NCBI GenBank assembly: GCA_030248215.1
Contig: JASANG010000266.1
Coordinates: 186,001-250,000, forward strand
DNA: 64,000 nt
Direction: 5' to 3'
DNA from: Enoplolaimus lenunculus
Taxonomy: Eukaryota
The notes below the pieces were generated by a model. The model did not search any database. It saw only the letters and a list, made by a program, of their open reading frames with translations, and had not been told where the DNA came from. This document shows, in pieces, positions 35,232-49,552 of this stretch. Made by a program: the position numbers and the translations under genes. The first letter of the stretch is position 1. Every line of letters starts with the position of its first letter.

Positions 35232-38200
35232 TCACAACGTCATAGCTTTAACTGCTGCAATTATCTTATTTGAATATTTATTCGCAACACTATCACGATC
35301 GCCCGGATTCAACTCAAGCAGTTCTTTGAATTCTTTAAGATCTTCTGCAATTGGAATGCCTAAATCATCGATTACATTGCACAGATAAGATATGTCGGTA
35401 ACGAGCTGGGCTTGACCAGACTTTGAAACGCGTCTAATTTTGAATATCAGCTCTGTGTAAATCGCCATCAAAGTTCCTGCGACTGCTTCAAGCCACAAAC
35501 GACCAGCCTAAACATAATGTTCCAAGATATAAAAAGAATTTGTATAAAATTAATAAATTTTAATGAAAAATACAATATTAAGTTGAAAATTAAAAATCCT
35601 AGCTGCCTCGGTTTTGAATATTTATACTGGGAACAACCGTAGTCATAAAACACACTTCGTCCCTGGAATAGATCATCAACATCTTAGCTATGTACTTTTT
35701 TTCGGAAAACCTCTCAATAATTTTTAATTAGGTTTCTTTAGGTTACAAATGGTTGGTTTCAACCAACATAAAATGAGCCTACATCAAAAGTAAACTTATA
35801 AACTAATATACTAACATTTTGCAATCCGTTAGTTATATCGGAGTCAGACGAACCAAGAGCCCCTAATGCATTCTTAGTTCATCGACAAATGAAATTATTT
35901 CACAATCAAACGATTCAAAAATTATAAAATTATTAAACAACTGGAATATAGTATCCATAAGCAAAACGCTTACCACTTGGTCATCGGAAGATATATCCAC
36001 TGCATCAACATCGATGGTATACGGCAACTGAAAGTATCGCGCAGCTGTAGCTAGTGAGAAGCTGCCTAGAATCAAAACATAACGTTCTTTGAACAAGAAT
36101 ACAACATCGCCCGACCAACCAACAAATTCAGATATAAGAATAAATTTCCTATATGATAAGAATGCCCTTTGCGAAATTGTATAATCATATCAGGCAAATA
36201 CAACACCCAGATATTAACAGAAATCTTTAAAAGTTTTCTTTGCTGATGTATAATTATGCAAAATGCTAAGGATAGCAACGTTTTCACTAGCGGCGAAATG
36301 TTGTATTTTAGACATGAACAGAACTGAGCAATGGCGAAACCTATACAAGCAACCTACAATAATGAAGCCATAAAGGCTTATCTCAAAAAATCCCTGAATC
36401 TTTGAAATAGTAGCACAGCTAAATCTTATTAAATATTTGAACGTGTAAGATACCTACTTTACCAAAAAGACTGGCATTTTATGGTTTTCCTAAAAATGTA
36501 AACGAAAACAATTTGTTGTGTGGTAAGACATTACCAACACAAAACAAAATGCAGAGTGAAATAAATTTTTTCATCGATTACGCAGAATTTTCTCAATTTA
36601 GCACAGTATGCTGCTGATGTAATTAAGTTAATCGTGCTAAGTGACATTTCAGCGTTAGTCGGTACCTTCAACTAACAATGGTTCTATGTGGTGAGCGAAA
36701 GTCATCAGATATTGTCCAACTTTGGTAATATATTCTTGCGGTGCCATTGCAAAAGACGGTAAATTCTAGAAGTAAAATTAATTAAGCATCAGGAGAATTC
36801 TTGCCTAAAAGCTGTTTACTATTATATCACCAAACTAATCAAATCGAGTATTGTAAATATTACATAACTACGTCGCTGCTATGCTCAATATCAGGGTGGA
36901 AATGGAATTCCATTTACGATTAGAATCCAGGTTGAAATCCGGTTCTAATTACGATTACAAGTTTTATCGAAATAATAATTCTTTCCATCGTTTCCCGTTA
37001 TGTGCTAAATTATCCTAGTGTAATTCTGTAAAGGTCCAGGATAATCGATGTTTATATCAGTTACCAGCGCGTGTTATAATAACATGCATGTTAAAAGAAA
37101 TATTGATCTTTCATATACTAATTACAGAACAAAGACTTGTAATGTAAAAACCTGGTTTTCAAATTTTCTAATCCCACTTCCAGTTCCGATATAAATTTTT
37201 GGTTCCGATTTTGGCGTAATCTAGTTCCGTTTTGCACCCTGCTCAATATCGATGAACTTACAAACTATAATTAGTGATAAAAATTAATTTTGTAGCCACG
37301 TGTTAATAGCAAAATACCTCGGACAAAGATTCTCCAACATTCGTTGCCGACCATATTTTCAAACTTGAAACTTCGGCCAAAAGACCACGGATAGGATCAC
37401 AGATAACATTAAGGCAGAACCGGTGTGCCCCGGAATTGACAGCCTAAGATGACGATTATTACATTTAAACACACTGACTTATGTTCGCACAAAATATAAC
37501 TCAGAAAGGTATTATGGAAGGGCTAACGTGACAAACCAAACCTATACAAACGTGACAAACCAAACCTATACATTCCCCACAAAATAAACACCACGTCGTG
37601 TTCTGGATATTTCTCTTAATAGGACCCTTATAAAGCCTACTAAAACACTTTTTGAGCGTGCAGATATAAGTGGTTGATATATAACAGATATAATGCATCA
37701 AAAAGCCACAAACCTTAAGTAATTCAAGCGTCTCCGGTACAACAGGCCCAAAGTCATCAGGAATTTTGAGCATAAAACTTTGTAATGTTTTTGATATTGA
37801 AGTATCACTGTACAGTAGCGATTCGTAGGCGAAAATTGTGACATCAGCTGCAACAAACTTAATCGTACTTTAATACGAACAAAAATAAAGCTCTATAATA
37901 TGTTCGGATACAATCATCTCTTACGTTAAATTTACTTTTACTGAAAAATAAACGTAAATGTAGTAAACAGCAAAAGGCCGCAATCTCTATTCGCCATACA
38001 CCTGTACATACTTTGCTATACTGTTTTATGCTTTCGCGTACTTCAATTTTCTAACATGCCAACTGCGAAGTACAGTACACTCTGGACTTGTCTTATAGTT
38101 GCAATCGCGCCTACAATAATTTAATTGAATCTGCAAAGAAAGCAAAACTAAAATTTCTGTCATTATAATTATAACAAACTGCCAAAATGAACAAAAACTC

Positions 38201-41200
38201 TCATCAACACTCACGACCATCCTTTGATTGTGGTTCGCTAGTGTTTGCCAATGTTCGAAGCAAAGGCAGGTAACCGCGCATTTCGTTTTCAATGTCGTGG
38301 AAATGAACGAAAAGTGTGCCACACGCGCGAACAAACTCAAGCGCAGACTGAACCAAATACCAATTTTCAGTTAGTGTGGCTGTTGACGAGACTGAAACCG
38401 GTGATTGTGATGACATAGTCGATACGGGAGAACCAGATACGCGCTGAGAATCCAAAGATTGCTGAAAGTACACGGTATCATTATAGAGCGACCGGATATC
38501 CAGCTCCGGTTTAATATAAAAAAACTATGTGTATTCGGTTTCGGTATATGATATAAACCTGCCAGATACAGGATATTTACGGTTGTGGTGAATATAATAC
38601 AACACTGTTTTAAAAGTGGATATATTATATTTTGCTGCGATTGCATTTTCTGACATGTCAAATCTTTAGGATTTGCACACTGGTAGCAAAAGGAAAAATC
38701 CAAACAACAATTGCTTTTGAGTCGTCAATCATGTACTAACTTCAAACGGTGCACAAAATTTTTACACTATATCCGGTAAACACATGTTTCCGGCAAAAAT
38801 TCAGTGTTCGGTAAGTCAATGTTCGGCCGTTCCCTCGGTATCATTCACCCAATGTTGACCTTTTATTTGCCTAACAGTAATCTTTCAAATTCAGACAGAA
38901 GCTATTGATTTCAGTGCGTTTTTGATTCAGAAATTATCAAACATAATTCAATAGCGTCCAGGTTTTAAGACTGAGTGTCACTGCTACCATAGCACCAGCA
39001 CATACTGTAAGCATAACTCTGTGCATCTAACCGTTCGCAAATGCATATCGATAGCTAAATATCTTGGTAAAAAATGCAGCGCCTCAGCAATAGCGAAAAA
39101 GATTGCTAAACATACGCTAATATGATGATACGTTAACATGACCATTTTCAGCCGCATTACAGATGTTTGATATTCCCTAGATGTAACGTTTTATTGACTG
39201 ACATACCTTAACGATATCTAACGCGCTTTCTAATTTTGTAGTATAGTTTGACACCATTGTATGGAATGCTTTTGCCAAAAACGGCAGACCGATCGAATGC
39301 GTTAACAACTTGCATCGATCAATACTTTCCAGAACCTCGTTGCGTATCATTTCTACAGAATCCTACAGCAAACAGTAAAGAGTATATAATCTTCTGCTGA
39401 AATAAGTATTGTAAACCGTGCATTACTGAAATAGTTTTATATTCCGGGTTCTAAAAAACCAAATCTTCCTTAAGAATACATTTAAAATGCGCAGGATTAG
39501 GGTAGCGTTGACACTGTTCGCGAACAAAGTTTCACATTGAAGCGATACATAAAAGGACAATATTACAATAATTTCTGAAAACGCAAGCTAATTGCCACAA
39601 AACAGTGTTTGCATTAGCCTAGGTTAATGCAACTAATTTAAACAACCACACACATATACATACACTGCACATTGTACATATGTAGGGTAAATTTTTCGTA
39701 AAACCTATACTTTAATTTCAGCAATGCTTGGTCCCGGTTGCTGTACTGAGAAATCTTAATAACGACTATATAATTCATTTCATCAAAGCATAACTCAATT
39801 TTATCCAGAATTTTACCATTAATTAGTAGTTGCATTCGCGTCCGGGTTTTCGCTTCAAGAAATTCTGAGTCCGGGTTTTCGCTCCAACAAATTCCGGGTC
39901 AGGGTTTTCGCTTCAAGAAATTCCGAGTCCGGATTGTTGCTCAAAGAAATTCCGGGACCGGATTTCAGCTTCCACAAATTCGGGGACCGGGTTCCCCCAA
40001 CAAACCATTCAGGATCCGGGTGGGGGTATTACAGAAAAACCCGGACAAAATACCCGGATTAAATTAACTTAGTGATTTTAACACCCCTCGCCTATAATCG
40101 TACCTAAATTAAAAAGGTTAAAGGATTTATCAGATAGTAGCTCAAACAACGCTGTGTCAAATACATCATGCCTCTTAAGACAACTATCGTATGTCGTATG
40201 TAAAAACAAACTGGAGAAGGAAAAAGTTAGTCAACAGGCTTCACTTTTGAGTAATAAATAATCTGCGTAGATATACGTGGGTTACGATTACGAATGTTTA
40301 ATTAGGAATGGTTCGAATGGTCCGGATGCAAAGACATGACACGTCTCATTTTAAGTTATTAATTCTGCATTTTACTTACTGATTTACTTGAAATAAATTT
40401 TTGTGAATGACATTAGTCGCTTCGCATTGCATACTGTCCATTAATATTTTAAACACTGAACTGCCACAATATTATAGACAGAGACAGAATTCTTCATATC
40501 TTAAAACATCAGGATCATGTTCAGTTTTTAATTTATAAAAATTCCGGTCCTGGGTTTGTCCGGAAAATAAATCCGGGAACGGGTTCACACTGCTAAAAAT
40601 TTCAGGTCCGGGTTTGCATTCTTAAAAATTCAGTGTCCCGGTTCTTGTTCCAGAAAAATCCGGTCCCGGTTCTTCTTCCAGAAAAATCCGGACCCGGGTA
40701 CGGGTATATATTTGTAAATCTTACAACTCTATTAATTTAGACAGCACGTTTACACGATTGATTTAATAAGTTTTCAATATTGTCAAACACTTAGTTGTGT
40801 TCACAAATTTTTCACAACAGTCCAACAGACATTTGCTTTTCGTAGGAATGTCAACTATATGTAATTTGTACACCGTTCCAGCAAATGTTCGTGCATAACG
40901 TTTGCTGTTTACAAGTTTCAGAACAAGAAAATTCGCTTTGAAACTAAAAATCAGAGTGGATTTATTATTATACAATGTTGGTGTTCAAATACTGTTACAT
41001 ACATCCTTGACTTTCATTCTATAAGTACCTTAAATTGAGTGACCAAAAATTCAATCTTATTCTCGACATCATCAACTTCAGATTCACTATCTGTTTTCAG
41101 TCGGCTTCCTTTGACCCCGTCACCAAACTGCTGTCTCGTATCAGCAGAGCTTAACGATAGCGAATTGATTTTGGCCAAAAAGTGGCTCTGCTCATACTGT

Positions 41201-44200
41201 TGATACGATTTAACAAATTCCAATAGCGGTGCATATACTTCGTGAAGAAGGTTCATAACGCTTGCGTCAGTCTTCTTTAAAATACATTAAATTAAAATAT
41301 CAAACTGCTTCTGTAAGTGCAAAATGAAATCATGCTGTGTATACACGACTCATTTGAATCGCATGTGCTTAACACTGCTACAGCTATTAACACAAATTTA
41401 ATGACTTGAGTGAAGTTATTCAAGGTCGAAAATGAGAAAATTGAGCAGTACTTGATATAAGGGCGACCGCATAATTAAAACCAACTAAATGATAAGTTAA
41501 AAATTATTATTCGAAGCTGGTTTACCTGAACACCACAATTTTCTGCATTAGATGCCAGAGTGCGAGCGAAATTATCAATCACTTGCTTCAACAATAATAG
41601 TTGACGCAAAGCATCGCTAGCATCCAAAGAAGACGCCAATACTAAATGCAAGGGGGGATCCAGCGAATGGAGACCTAAAGTATTATTCATGTGCAAAAAT
41701 ACTACGAAACATAATTCATATTAAAACGCTTGTAGTAGCAAAAATATAACAAATTATACCAACCAATACTGAATTAGTGCATTTAAGTTTTACTTTTTGA
41801 AATATACACCAGCATTTTTGAAATATACACCAGCAACACAAAATTTAAGCAATGTTGAAAACAAACCATCAGCAAAGCCATCACAGATATGTTTGCCGGC
41901 ATTGGCAAATGACCCAGATAACCATTTCCGTTGAGTATGCCAACAGGATAACAGGCTATCGTAAAATGAGTTAGCAAATTCACTGATATCATTAGTCGAT
42001 TCAGCGTTATCATACATTGACGACCAAATACGTTTAATCTCAGTCTTCAAATATCTTTAAATATATACTTTTACCACCTACAGTATGAGTCCCAAACAAA
42101 GCCCCAGAGAACTGAAACAAAAACACTACCACTTATGGTAAATCAGTTCTTGTTAGCATAATCAAACAAAAAAGTTGATGCTTTTGTTCGTAATAGTGAT
42201 AAGCAGACAAGATAGCGAGATCCTTGCTCGTACCTCAGACTCAGAAACTAGAGCGCTAAATTAGCTGCATAAATAAATAATAATCATTGTGGTTTATTTA
42301 CAAAGATTCATAGCTTTATATTGCAAAAACGTTAAACTGAAAGTCACACAAAAACATACAACTTATAATAATTATGCAAGTCAGGCGTCCGTCCAAGATC
42401 TCCAAACATTGTAACAAAATAACGAGCAGTATCACTGTTTTGACTACTGAACGCACCAACAACACTAGGACTAATCATTGAAACGAATTGATCCTGAAAT
42501 GCACTTTGAGATGAACAAGAATACAATAACTAACTACCAATAGTATATGCACTGGATTAAATTGAAGCTGGCTAACAAAATTTTTTATTTAAAAGGTTTT
42601 GTTTTAAAACTAGAAATACCTAACTAATAAAGATAATTTGAGTCAGTCGAAATAGAAGGCTCACAGCGCATATATATTTTGTTGATAGTAGCAGTAGATA
42701 TCTTAATTTCCTGATCAGGGCCAGAGCAGCCACTCCACAGCCCCATTTGGGTGGCCTGTACACCTAATGGGGCCCCACCCTAACCGGATGCAACAAAAAC
42801 CGTCTCAAGTTTTGAAATACGTCTGGATTCTCGCTCGCGAGTTTGACACTATCCTACCTTTCCGCGATTTTTCAAATGGCTTTAGGTATTACACAATCCA
42901 TACAATAACCACCAGGCACACTAAATGAAATGCCAACAAATTTTCTCACTCGCTACAATCGCTGGCTTACAATTTTACGTAAGATAAGATTACTCTCATG
43001 AAACGAAATAATAAATAATGTAATAAAACAAATAGTTGAGTGAGGTGTACCGTATGCTGCCTCCCCTGGTTGGAGCATATGAAGGTTGCGTCATGATTTA
43101 CCTAAAATATGAGCTGTTTAGCTACTTTAAAAGAAAACGTCAAAAATTTTCTGGCTGCGTTCGAAGTTTGATTCATTTTAAAGATGGCTTCACTTTCTAG
43201 ATCCATTATTTGGTAACCTTTGTGTGAAACTGTTTTTGGAAGGTTATCCACATAGCTATCAAACAAGAGCGTGAGCTCGAACAACCTTAGACCAAACAAC
43301 ATCGATAAATTCTGTATCCACATCTACGTTGGGGGCCATCGCCCTAGAGTTTGAGGACATACCCCTGTCTGCTCCGGCACTGCTTTTGATATACCTTAAG
43401 AGCAAGCCTAGTTTTACCTTTAATTCTTCAAGACGATCTGCGCGCGCTTTATAATCCGGAATCTGGTGCCCCAAAACGTCTAAACATTGCTGCATGCCGA
43501 TTAATTTCTGAGCTATTGCGTCAGGGTCACCGGATTCAAACACCTGCAAGCGGATTCACAGATACAAACATTTCGAAGTTACAGATATTATACGATTGTT
43601 GTAACTTATTTACTCATGCATAACCAATGTTCTAATCCATAGATGGGCATTTACAAGCAACATTATTTAATTAAAAATTTTATAGTTTTATAACTACGAT
43701 GTTTTCAGGTCTGTTTCTTGCAGTGTATCTTATCCTAAATATATTTCTTGCGCAAGTGTGTTTGTCTAAATATTTTAAAATCATATGTGCTACTGCTTCA
43801 TTGGCCATATATTAACACTCATAACTGCGCCTTAGTCAATCATCTATTCACGTGATTAGTCAATCATCTATTCACGTCACCTGCGTAATGTCTTGATTCA
43901 GCGCAGCCCAGTTATCCAATTCTTTAAGCCTGGTCTCCACTTCCATCATCCGAGTTTTGGCCAGATCTATTTTGAGCAAATTTTCCATTGCGCCGGTAGT
44001 ATCTTTTTCAATGCGACGAACGTCCTCAATTCAAAGGATAATATATTAGCCATAAATGCAGTATTGTCTCAATGCAGAATCTAGATTTGTCATCTCAAGA
44101 ATGCAATAATATTCAGTTGTACAAGACGTGTTTAACTAGAATTTTCAAAAACGAAGAACTCGCCTAACATTGCGTTTACGTATACGTATATGTGGTATTA

Positions 44201-44971
44201 AAACCGAAATTTGCAAGATATTGCATTGAGCATGAAATGCTAGAACGGTGTTATAACTGTTTCCACAATTACAAACAATGTTTCTTAGCAATGCAGGTAA
44301 GCAAAATCATTAACTCGTACCCGTTTTATAAAACTCCTATAATTGTATATATACCTGCTGCGCAGCTTTAACCTTTGACTGTAGTGTTTCGGCTTCATGC
44401 TGCATTGCATCAAGTTCATTTAATACTTTTGGCATAAACGATACAGCTTGACTGGATATGTCCTCAATGGATTTATTGATTTCCTGTGAAATAAGACACC
44501 CCAAATTGCAGCAGATTTCAAAAGTAATCTCAAGCAGCGTAACGTAAATTAATCGCACATGCGCAGCACAACTGTTGCTAAAATCAGATAAATTTTTAAC
44601 GAACGACCACGGTTTATAGGAAAAGTAACAAGTAGTAATAAAATCATACGCTCATCAGACTCAAAGTACGTGGGCGCAGTTTGTACGCGCCATTTAACAT
44701 TCGGAAAGTATACGTCAAAGTACATACAGTTTTTGGGTGTCAGTTACTCAGTATTCAAAATAAGGACATAACAAACTGCAGCAATAAATAATGATCGGCA
44801 TTGGATGAATTTTGTATGTGGTATTAAAGCTACCTGAATGAATACATGAAGCTTCATCACAAGAGATGACGCAAACTGCTCGCGAGACTGGTAAGATTCG
44901 TTTGACCGAAAGCTGTTGTTAAGCCATGTTTTCGCATCAAAATCGTCATCACCAAACTTTGAAAAATCCAT
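35232..44971 (-). CDS. COG7: Conserved oligomeric Golgi complex subunit 7, ~15 exons
   Basis: N-terminus MDFSKFGDDDFDAKTWLN...LVMKLHVFIQ|EINKSIEDISSQAVSFMPKVL; internal FYDSLLSCWHTQRKW and LPSFAMAPQEYITKVGQYLMTFAHHIEP (~36.7 kb); last exon LWLEAVA...AQLVTDISYLCNVIDDLG. All match COG7 as recalled; the junctions I checked are GT-AG. Confidence 0.95.
36892..37241. mobile_element. hAT-type MITE in a COG7 intron
   Basis: CAGGGTGGAAATGGAA...TTCCGTTTTGCACCCTG with perfect TSD CTCAATAT. Confidence 0.88.
39841..40705. repeat. Two clusters of ~29-bp tandem repeats (CCGGGT...AAATTCCGG), probably subterminal arrays of a DNA transposon
   Basis: About 6 units at 39841-40020 and about 5 related units at 40541-40705; no convincing TSD. 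Confidence 0.65.
42716..43382. mobile_element. Older hAT-like element in a COG7 intron
   Basis: Imperfect TIR CAGGGCCAGAGCAG / CTGCTCCGGCACTG; TSD only 5/8. Confidence 0.5.
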
Positions 44972-46623
44972 CGAATGATTTTATTATGCCCACAGTTATG
45001 TATATATACGGTATGATAAATATATATTTACTGTATGTCAGATACCACTGTAAAATTTTCAGTGTATAAAGTCACATCGGTACAATAAAATTTTATTACG
45101 GTTCCATTTCCTGCACGGTTGAGGTAAAAACGCTTTAAAGTAGCATATATATGTTCACCTTAAAGGTAGCACTTGCGTAATAAATATTTCAAGTACAGTG
45201 AGCAAAGATAACACCCAACTGCCGAAACTAAAATTAACATCATTACATACACATGTGCCGCGGAGCACATTACGGGGACAGTCGGCCATGACAAAAAAGC
45301 TGACATGTGTTGTCCGATAAAAAGATGTCCTTGCTTCTGAAATACGGAGGCGAATGATGAAAACATATCCTGAGCCTACCTGCATGAATGTAATATGGGG
45401 CCATCATTTGACTAAATCTAATCAAATCTAATCTAAATGCGGTGTTTAGTTGGTGCAGGTCATTCATAGATCATAGCGAGTGAAATGATTATGTAATCAA
45501 ACGCAGTGTCGAGTCTATGTAGGATATCCGAGGTTCCTTTGTGAGTATCATCCAAGGGTGCAGAAACTGATCAAAAGACTTGTTGCATAATTGGAATAAT
45601 TAAAATTTTGTCTTATGTTATGACAGGTTGGATCGAAACATTAACTTAACTTATTATTGCTTATTGTATGGCGATAAAAACATCAGTACACAAGATCAAA
45701 GTTAAATATAATAAATTGAAATAAGCAATGTATACATTATAAATAAGTATAATGCGTCGGAAAAACACCAAATTTCCATTAAAAAAATAAACTTTGCAGT
45801 AAAAATGTCTAAAGTAATGATCTTTATGTCAACCAAAATGAGCTGATTAGCATTTATATATTTAGCATCATTAGTGCGATAAGTTATGCTTTATACAAGT
45901 TGAGAAACTGCACTACAAAAATGTTTCGCCGGGAAAAACCCGAAATTCAGAAAAAAATCACTTGCGAGAAAACCCCAAGTTGTTTTTTGTTGGATTTGTG
46001 ATTTTTAGGCGTCTTGCGAATCTGTACCAGGTAAACGGCTAATATAGATCACAATATTTATACGCACAAAATATAACTTCAGCAGCCATAAAATCACCAT
46101 TACGTAGTACAAAGTAAAATAATTTAATACTTCAAAATCATGCCGCTAGCGTTGTGTTCATCGCAGATTTTAGTAGAAAATGCAACCAATGCGATATATC
46201 AAGTTCTGGACTACTAAGTTTTGTTGTTATTAACTTTTTTGGATTCAACTCAGAATAATTTGACTTCAGTGCACGTCAAAAAGAGTTAGGCTTAAAAATA
46301 GCAACATACTAATCACAGAAACTTACTTAATGAACCGTATAATCTTGAAGCACAATACCATTATAGCATGAACCGACTTTTTGCATAGTTTTATTATTGT
46401 CACTTCCGATTACTTTCATATTAATCGCACTAATTTTCATTTCATTTTTCTTTCGGCATTACTTCAATTGAACCGTAATACACAAATTTCAGATTTACTT
46501 TTTTTACAATTATTGTTAGCAATATAATAAATTTTCCATTAGATACGTACATTTTTTACAGATGGCAGAAGTGAATCGTGCATAAAAAAAGTTAGTATGG
46601 TATTTTAAAAGCATATATAATAC

Positions 46624-47024
46624 CAGAGTTCCACCGGAATTCCTGTTCTGGCCGGAACTCCTGCAGAAATTTAATTCCTGTTCCTGTTCCTGCTCCTGCA
46701 TTGAAAGACGCAGGAACAGGATCTTTTACGGTGATGTGACAACTCATTTAAACACTTTAAAATTTTGTACTTGCAAAATTACTAGTCGAACTTCATGCGT
46801 TACATCTCGTTCAGTTTAGTTAATAAGCTGTAAGTTGAAATATTGGTGTGTGGTTTTGTAGCAGTGATGAAAGCGAAAAAGAAATTTAAAAAAACTCGCT
46901 TAATAAACGTTTTTGACGATTTTACTGATCCTTAAAACAGTAAATAGGTGTTGAAAATTATTTTAAATTCCGTTTCCTGTTCCTGTTCCTGTTGCGGCAA
47001 GATTTAGTTCCTGTTAGAACCCTC
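46624..47024. mobile_element. hAT-like MITE with (TTCCTG)n subterminal repeats
   Basis: CAGAGTTCCACCGGAA...TTCCTGTTAGAACCCTC; TSD degenerate. Confidence 0.6.
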
Positions 47025-47326
47025 ATAAATACAAATGTGCAGGTCAAAAATAGTCCGGCAAACACAAGAGATGGCAGGGAATTGTTTCTTTTCAAACCAG
47101 TACAAGTTACAAAAGTAAGTTTTTCTCAAACATCGATTGGCTTTTACCTGCCCGACTATACAGATATGTTCATGCTAGTTACGCATGGCTGTGCATCCGA
47201 ACCTTGTACATGACTGTGCTAACAAATGGCAACTACAAAGTTCAGGCTGTAAGTGTGAAATATTGCACTTAGTTACTAAAAATCCGCGTATTCAGTATTG
47301 TTTATTTTTGCTCCCAGACAAACCTA

Positions 47327-47732
47327 AAATTTTTTAACATAGCGTAACGTTATAAATGCGGATAACCCATAATTTTTTTAAACAATGCCTTAAATGTTTC
47401 AAACGCGAAAACGCAACAATTTGTGCTTTGTCACAATAAAATCAAAGTGTTTTGGGTTTCCTTTCGAAAATATAACTTTGGGTAACCGAATGGGGCATTC
47501 TGTTTCTCAAATCGCTGTATAACCAGGTAGCGGTGCGCCACAATCGTTCGCTGTCTGTGTCTGTAGGCGAAATGCGCAAGTACTTCCGGGCCAAAGCTGC
47601 GATCTAAGGAAAATTTTTGTGATTGCTTATCGCTTTTTCACCTCTTTGGTCTCGGTTTGCAAACCGCCTAGTCTGAAAAAAGGGAGTACGAGGGCAGCCA
47701 AATCCCGAGACTTGCTGAGACCGAGACCGCTA
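47327..47732 (-). repeat. Interspersed repeat, inverted copy of 50964-51365
   Basis: ~400-bp reverse-complement match, e.g. GGCGAAATGCGCAAGTACTTCCGGGCCAAAGCTGC versus GCAGCTTTGGCCCGGAAGTACTTGCGCATTTCGCC. Confidence 0.9.
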
Positions 47733-47745
47733 ATCACTGGACCTC

Positions 47746-48060
47746 TTGAAACAAAACTTTAAGGACTTGAAAGCTTTTAAACTAAGACGTCTACAGACAG
47801 AACTGATACTATTGTTTAAGTACATTCACAAGAATGTCGAACGAAATCGCAAGCAGAAACTTCTTTACCGTCTAAAACTCTATAAACCAAAACCTCGATC
47901 AAATATACTGGGTTCTAGTTACTTTTACCGCATTATAAATATTTGAAACGATCTGCCCGATACAGTGGAGAATTCACCTTTAGCAAACGTAAGCAACTCG
48001 TATAATTTCAAAAAACTCATTAAAAAACTCGACTTAAGTAGACACTTAGACACTAGCTCT
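47746..48060 (+). mobile_element. Decayed 3' end of a CR1/L2-type LINE ORF2
   Basis: Translation LRRLQTELILLFKYIH...LKLYKPKPRSN...SYFYRIINI*NDLPD...FKKLIKKLDLS resembles the CR1/L2 C-terminal signature, with the expected W of 'WNxLP' replaced by TGA. Confidence 0.8.
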
Positions 48061-48155
48061 ATAACCGAAGGAACTAGTTGTAAGCGCTTAATCCCTTTCT
48101 GGTTTCACAATTACTGCAATTTGTATTTAAACCTCGTTTTTTCATTACTCCTCAC

Positions 48156-48540
48156 CAGGGTGCAACCGGAATTACAATTTACCGGAACCGGAATTTGAAA
48201 ATTTTACCGGAACCGGAAACGGAACCGGAAAGTGAAAAATGCATTTCACCAAAAATTTCATTTTATTCTTATTTTTTGCTCTATTATTTGTGAAATAACC
48301 TTAGTCGAACATAGGTATTTATTTTATTTGTTGTATTTTAGATTTTCGTAGTCGACTGAAGTGAAATCCACCATCATTGGCTTATATTTGGAGTACAAGT
48401 GGCTTTCAAAAGAGATTCTTAAAAATTAGCAAAGTTAAGAAAACGGCCAAATTATAACAGCGGAATTTTTAATTCCGGTAAAAATTTACCGGAACCGGAA
48501 GGTGAAAAAATGCCGGAACCGGAATTCCGGTTGCACCCTG
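48156..48540. mobile_element. Young hAT-type MITE
   Basis: Perfect TIR CAGGGTGCAACCGGAATT...AATTCCGGTTGCACCCTG and perfect TSD CTCCTCAC. Confidence 0.93.
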
Positions 48541-49339
48541 CTCCTCACTATTTTAATGTTTTATTTTATATGTGCTTGTACACCGTTTTATAAGTACGTT
48601 TTGCAAGTAACCCTATTGGCCTATTGTGTTGTATGTGTAAGCATGTGAGACATTCTTGTCCTGGTGCATATACAATATATGCAATGCATATTGTTTTGTA
48701 AGTCAGCCGGCAGCAGGGACGGGTGGTCACGGTTTCGGTCTCAGTCTCCGCAAGTCTCGGGATTTGATTTGGCTGAAGAACGTTTTACAGAACGCACAGT
48801 TATCATATACAGTTCACAATGTTACTATATGGCAGTTGTTATGATGCAGCTTTTATCTAGCATCTCGCGGCTAACCTGGTTGACACTAAGTTACGGTTCA
48901 AACGCGCTGGCGACAAGGTTAAAGTCAATGCCCCAAAGTTTGCGTAGATGGTTTTACCATTCTTTAATTATTCAAAATGTCACTATAGTATTCGGTGTTT
49001 GAAGTAAATCATCTACGCGTGAGATGAGCAGACAGAATTCGAGAACCGGCTGCCTAAATGTAACAGACTCAAGCGCCTAACACACCGGTCTCGGATGTAT
49101 ACCAAGAGTGCACGCATACTGATATGATGATTAACATATTTGTTACGGAATCCTTACTTACCGCTCCAACGCATCCGTTCAAATTCCAACTCGAGAAACT
49201 CAAAAATCAATTTCCCGAATTAACAATAACAGAAACAAATTTAACTTCTACAATTCTAAATTTTTCCTTCATGCTAAAATCTACGATTACCGATTATATC
49301 CAAAACCAGACTGAATATCTCACAAAGTATGGGCTAATC

Positions 49340-49552
49340 GCCCTATGTCATGCTTGGTCCCTATACCACAGGCATATGCTCCACTTTTTGATCAAAAGCA
49401 AACGTCAAATTGCATATTATTGTCAGGCTTGATAGGAACCGGGACTTCAGTGACCTTATAACTAGACAGCTAGAAAAGGAGGGCTACAGAGCGGTGATCG
49501 AACAAGCAACCTGAGAATTCCGATGCAAACGCTGTACCACTGCTCCACGTAC
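49340..49552 (-). mobile_element. Probable tRNA-derived SINE
   Basis: Minus strand has A-box-like TGGAGCAGTGG and B-box-like TGTTCGATCAC at tRNA-like spacing; no intact cloverleaf; 3' boundary uncertain. Confidence 0.5.

Noticed and set aside
35816..35862. Extra COG7 micro-exon (GALGSSDSDITNGLQN)
   Set aside because: Phase-incompatible with the upstream donor; the flanking exons join directly in phase 0.
41866..41900. Non-canonical GC donor in COG7 (GCC G|GCAAAC)
   Set aside because: A canonical GT donor a few codons later (GAT G|GTTTGT) joins the next exon in frame.
49124..49432. 102-aa ORF as a gene or LINE fragment
   Set aside because: No recognisable motif or splice context, and it overlaps a probable SINE.
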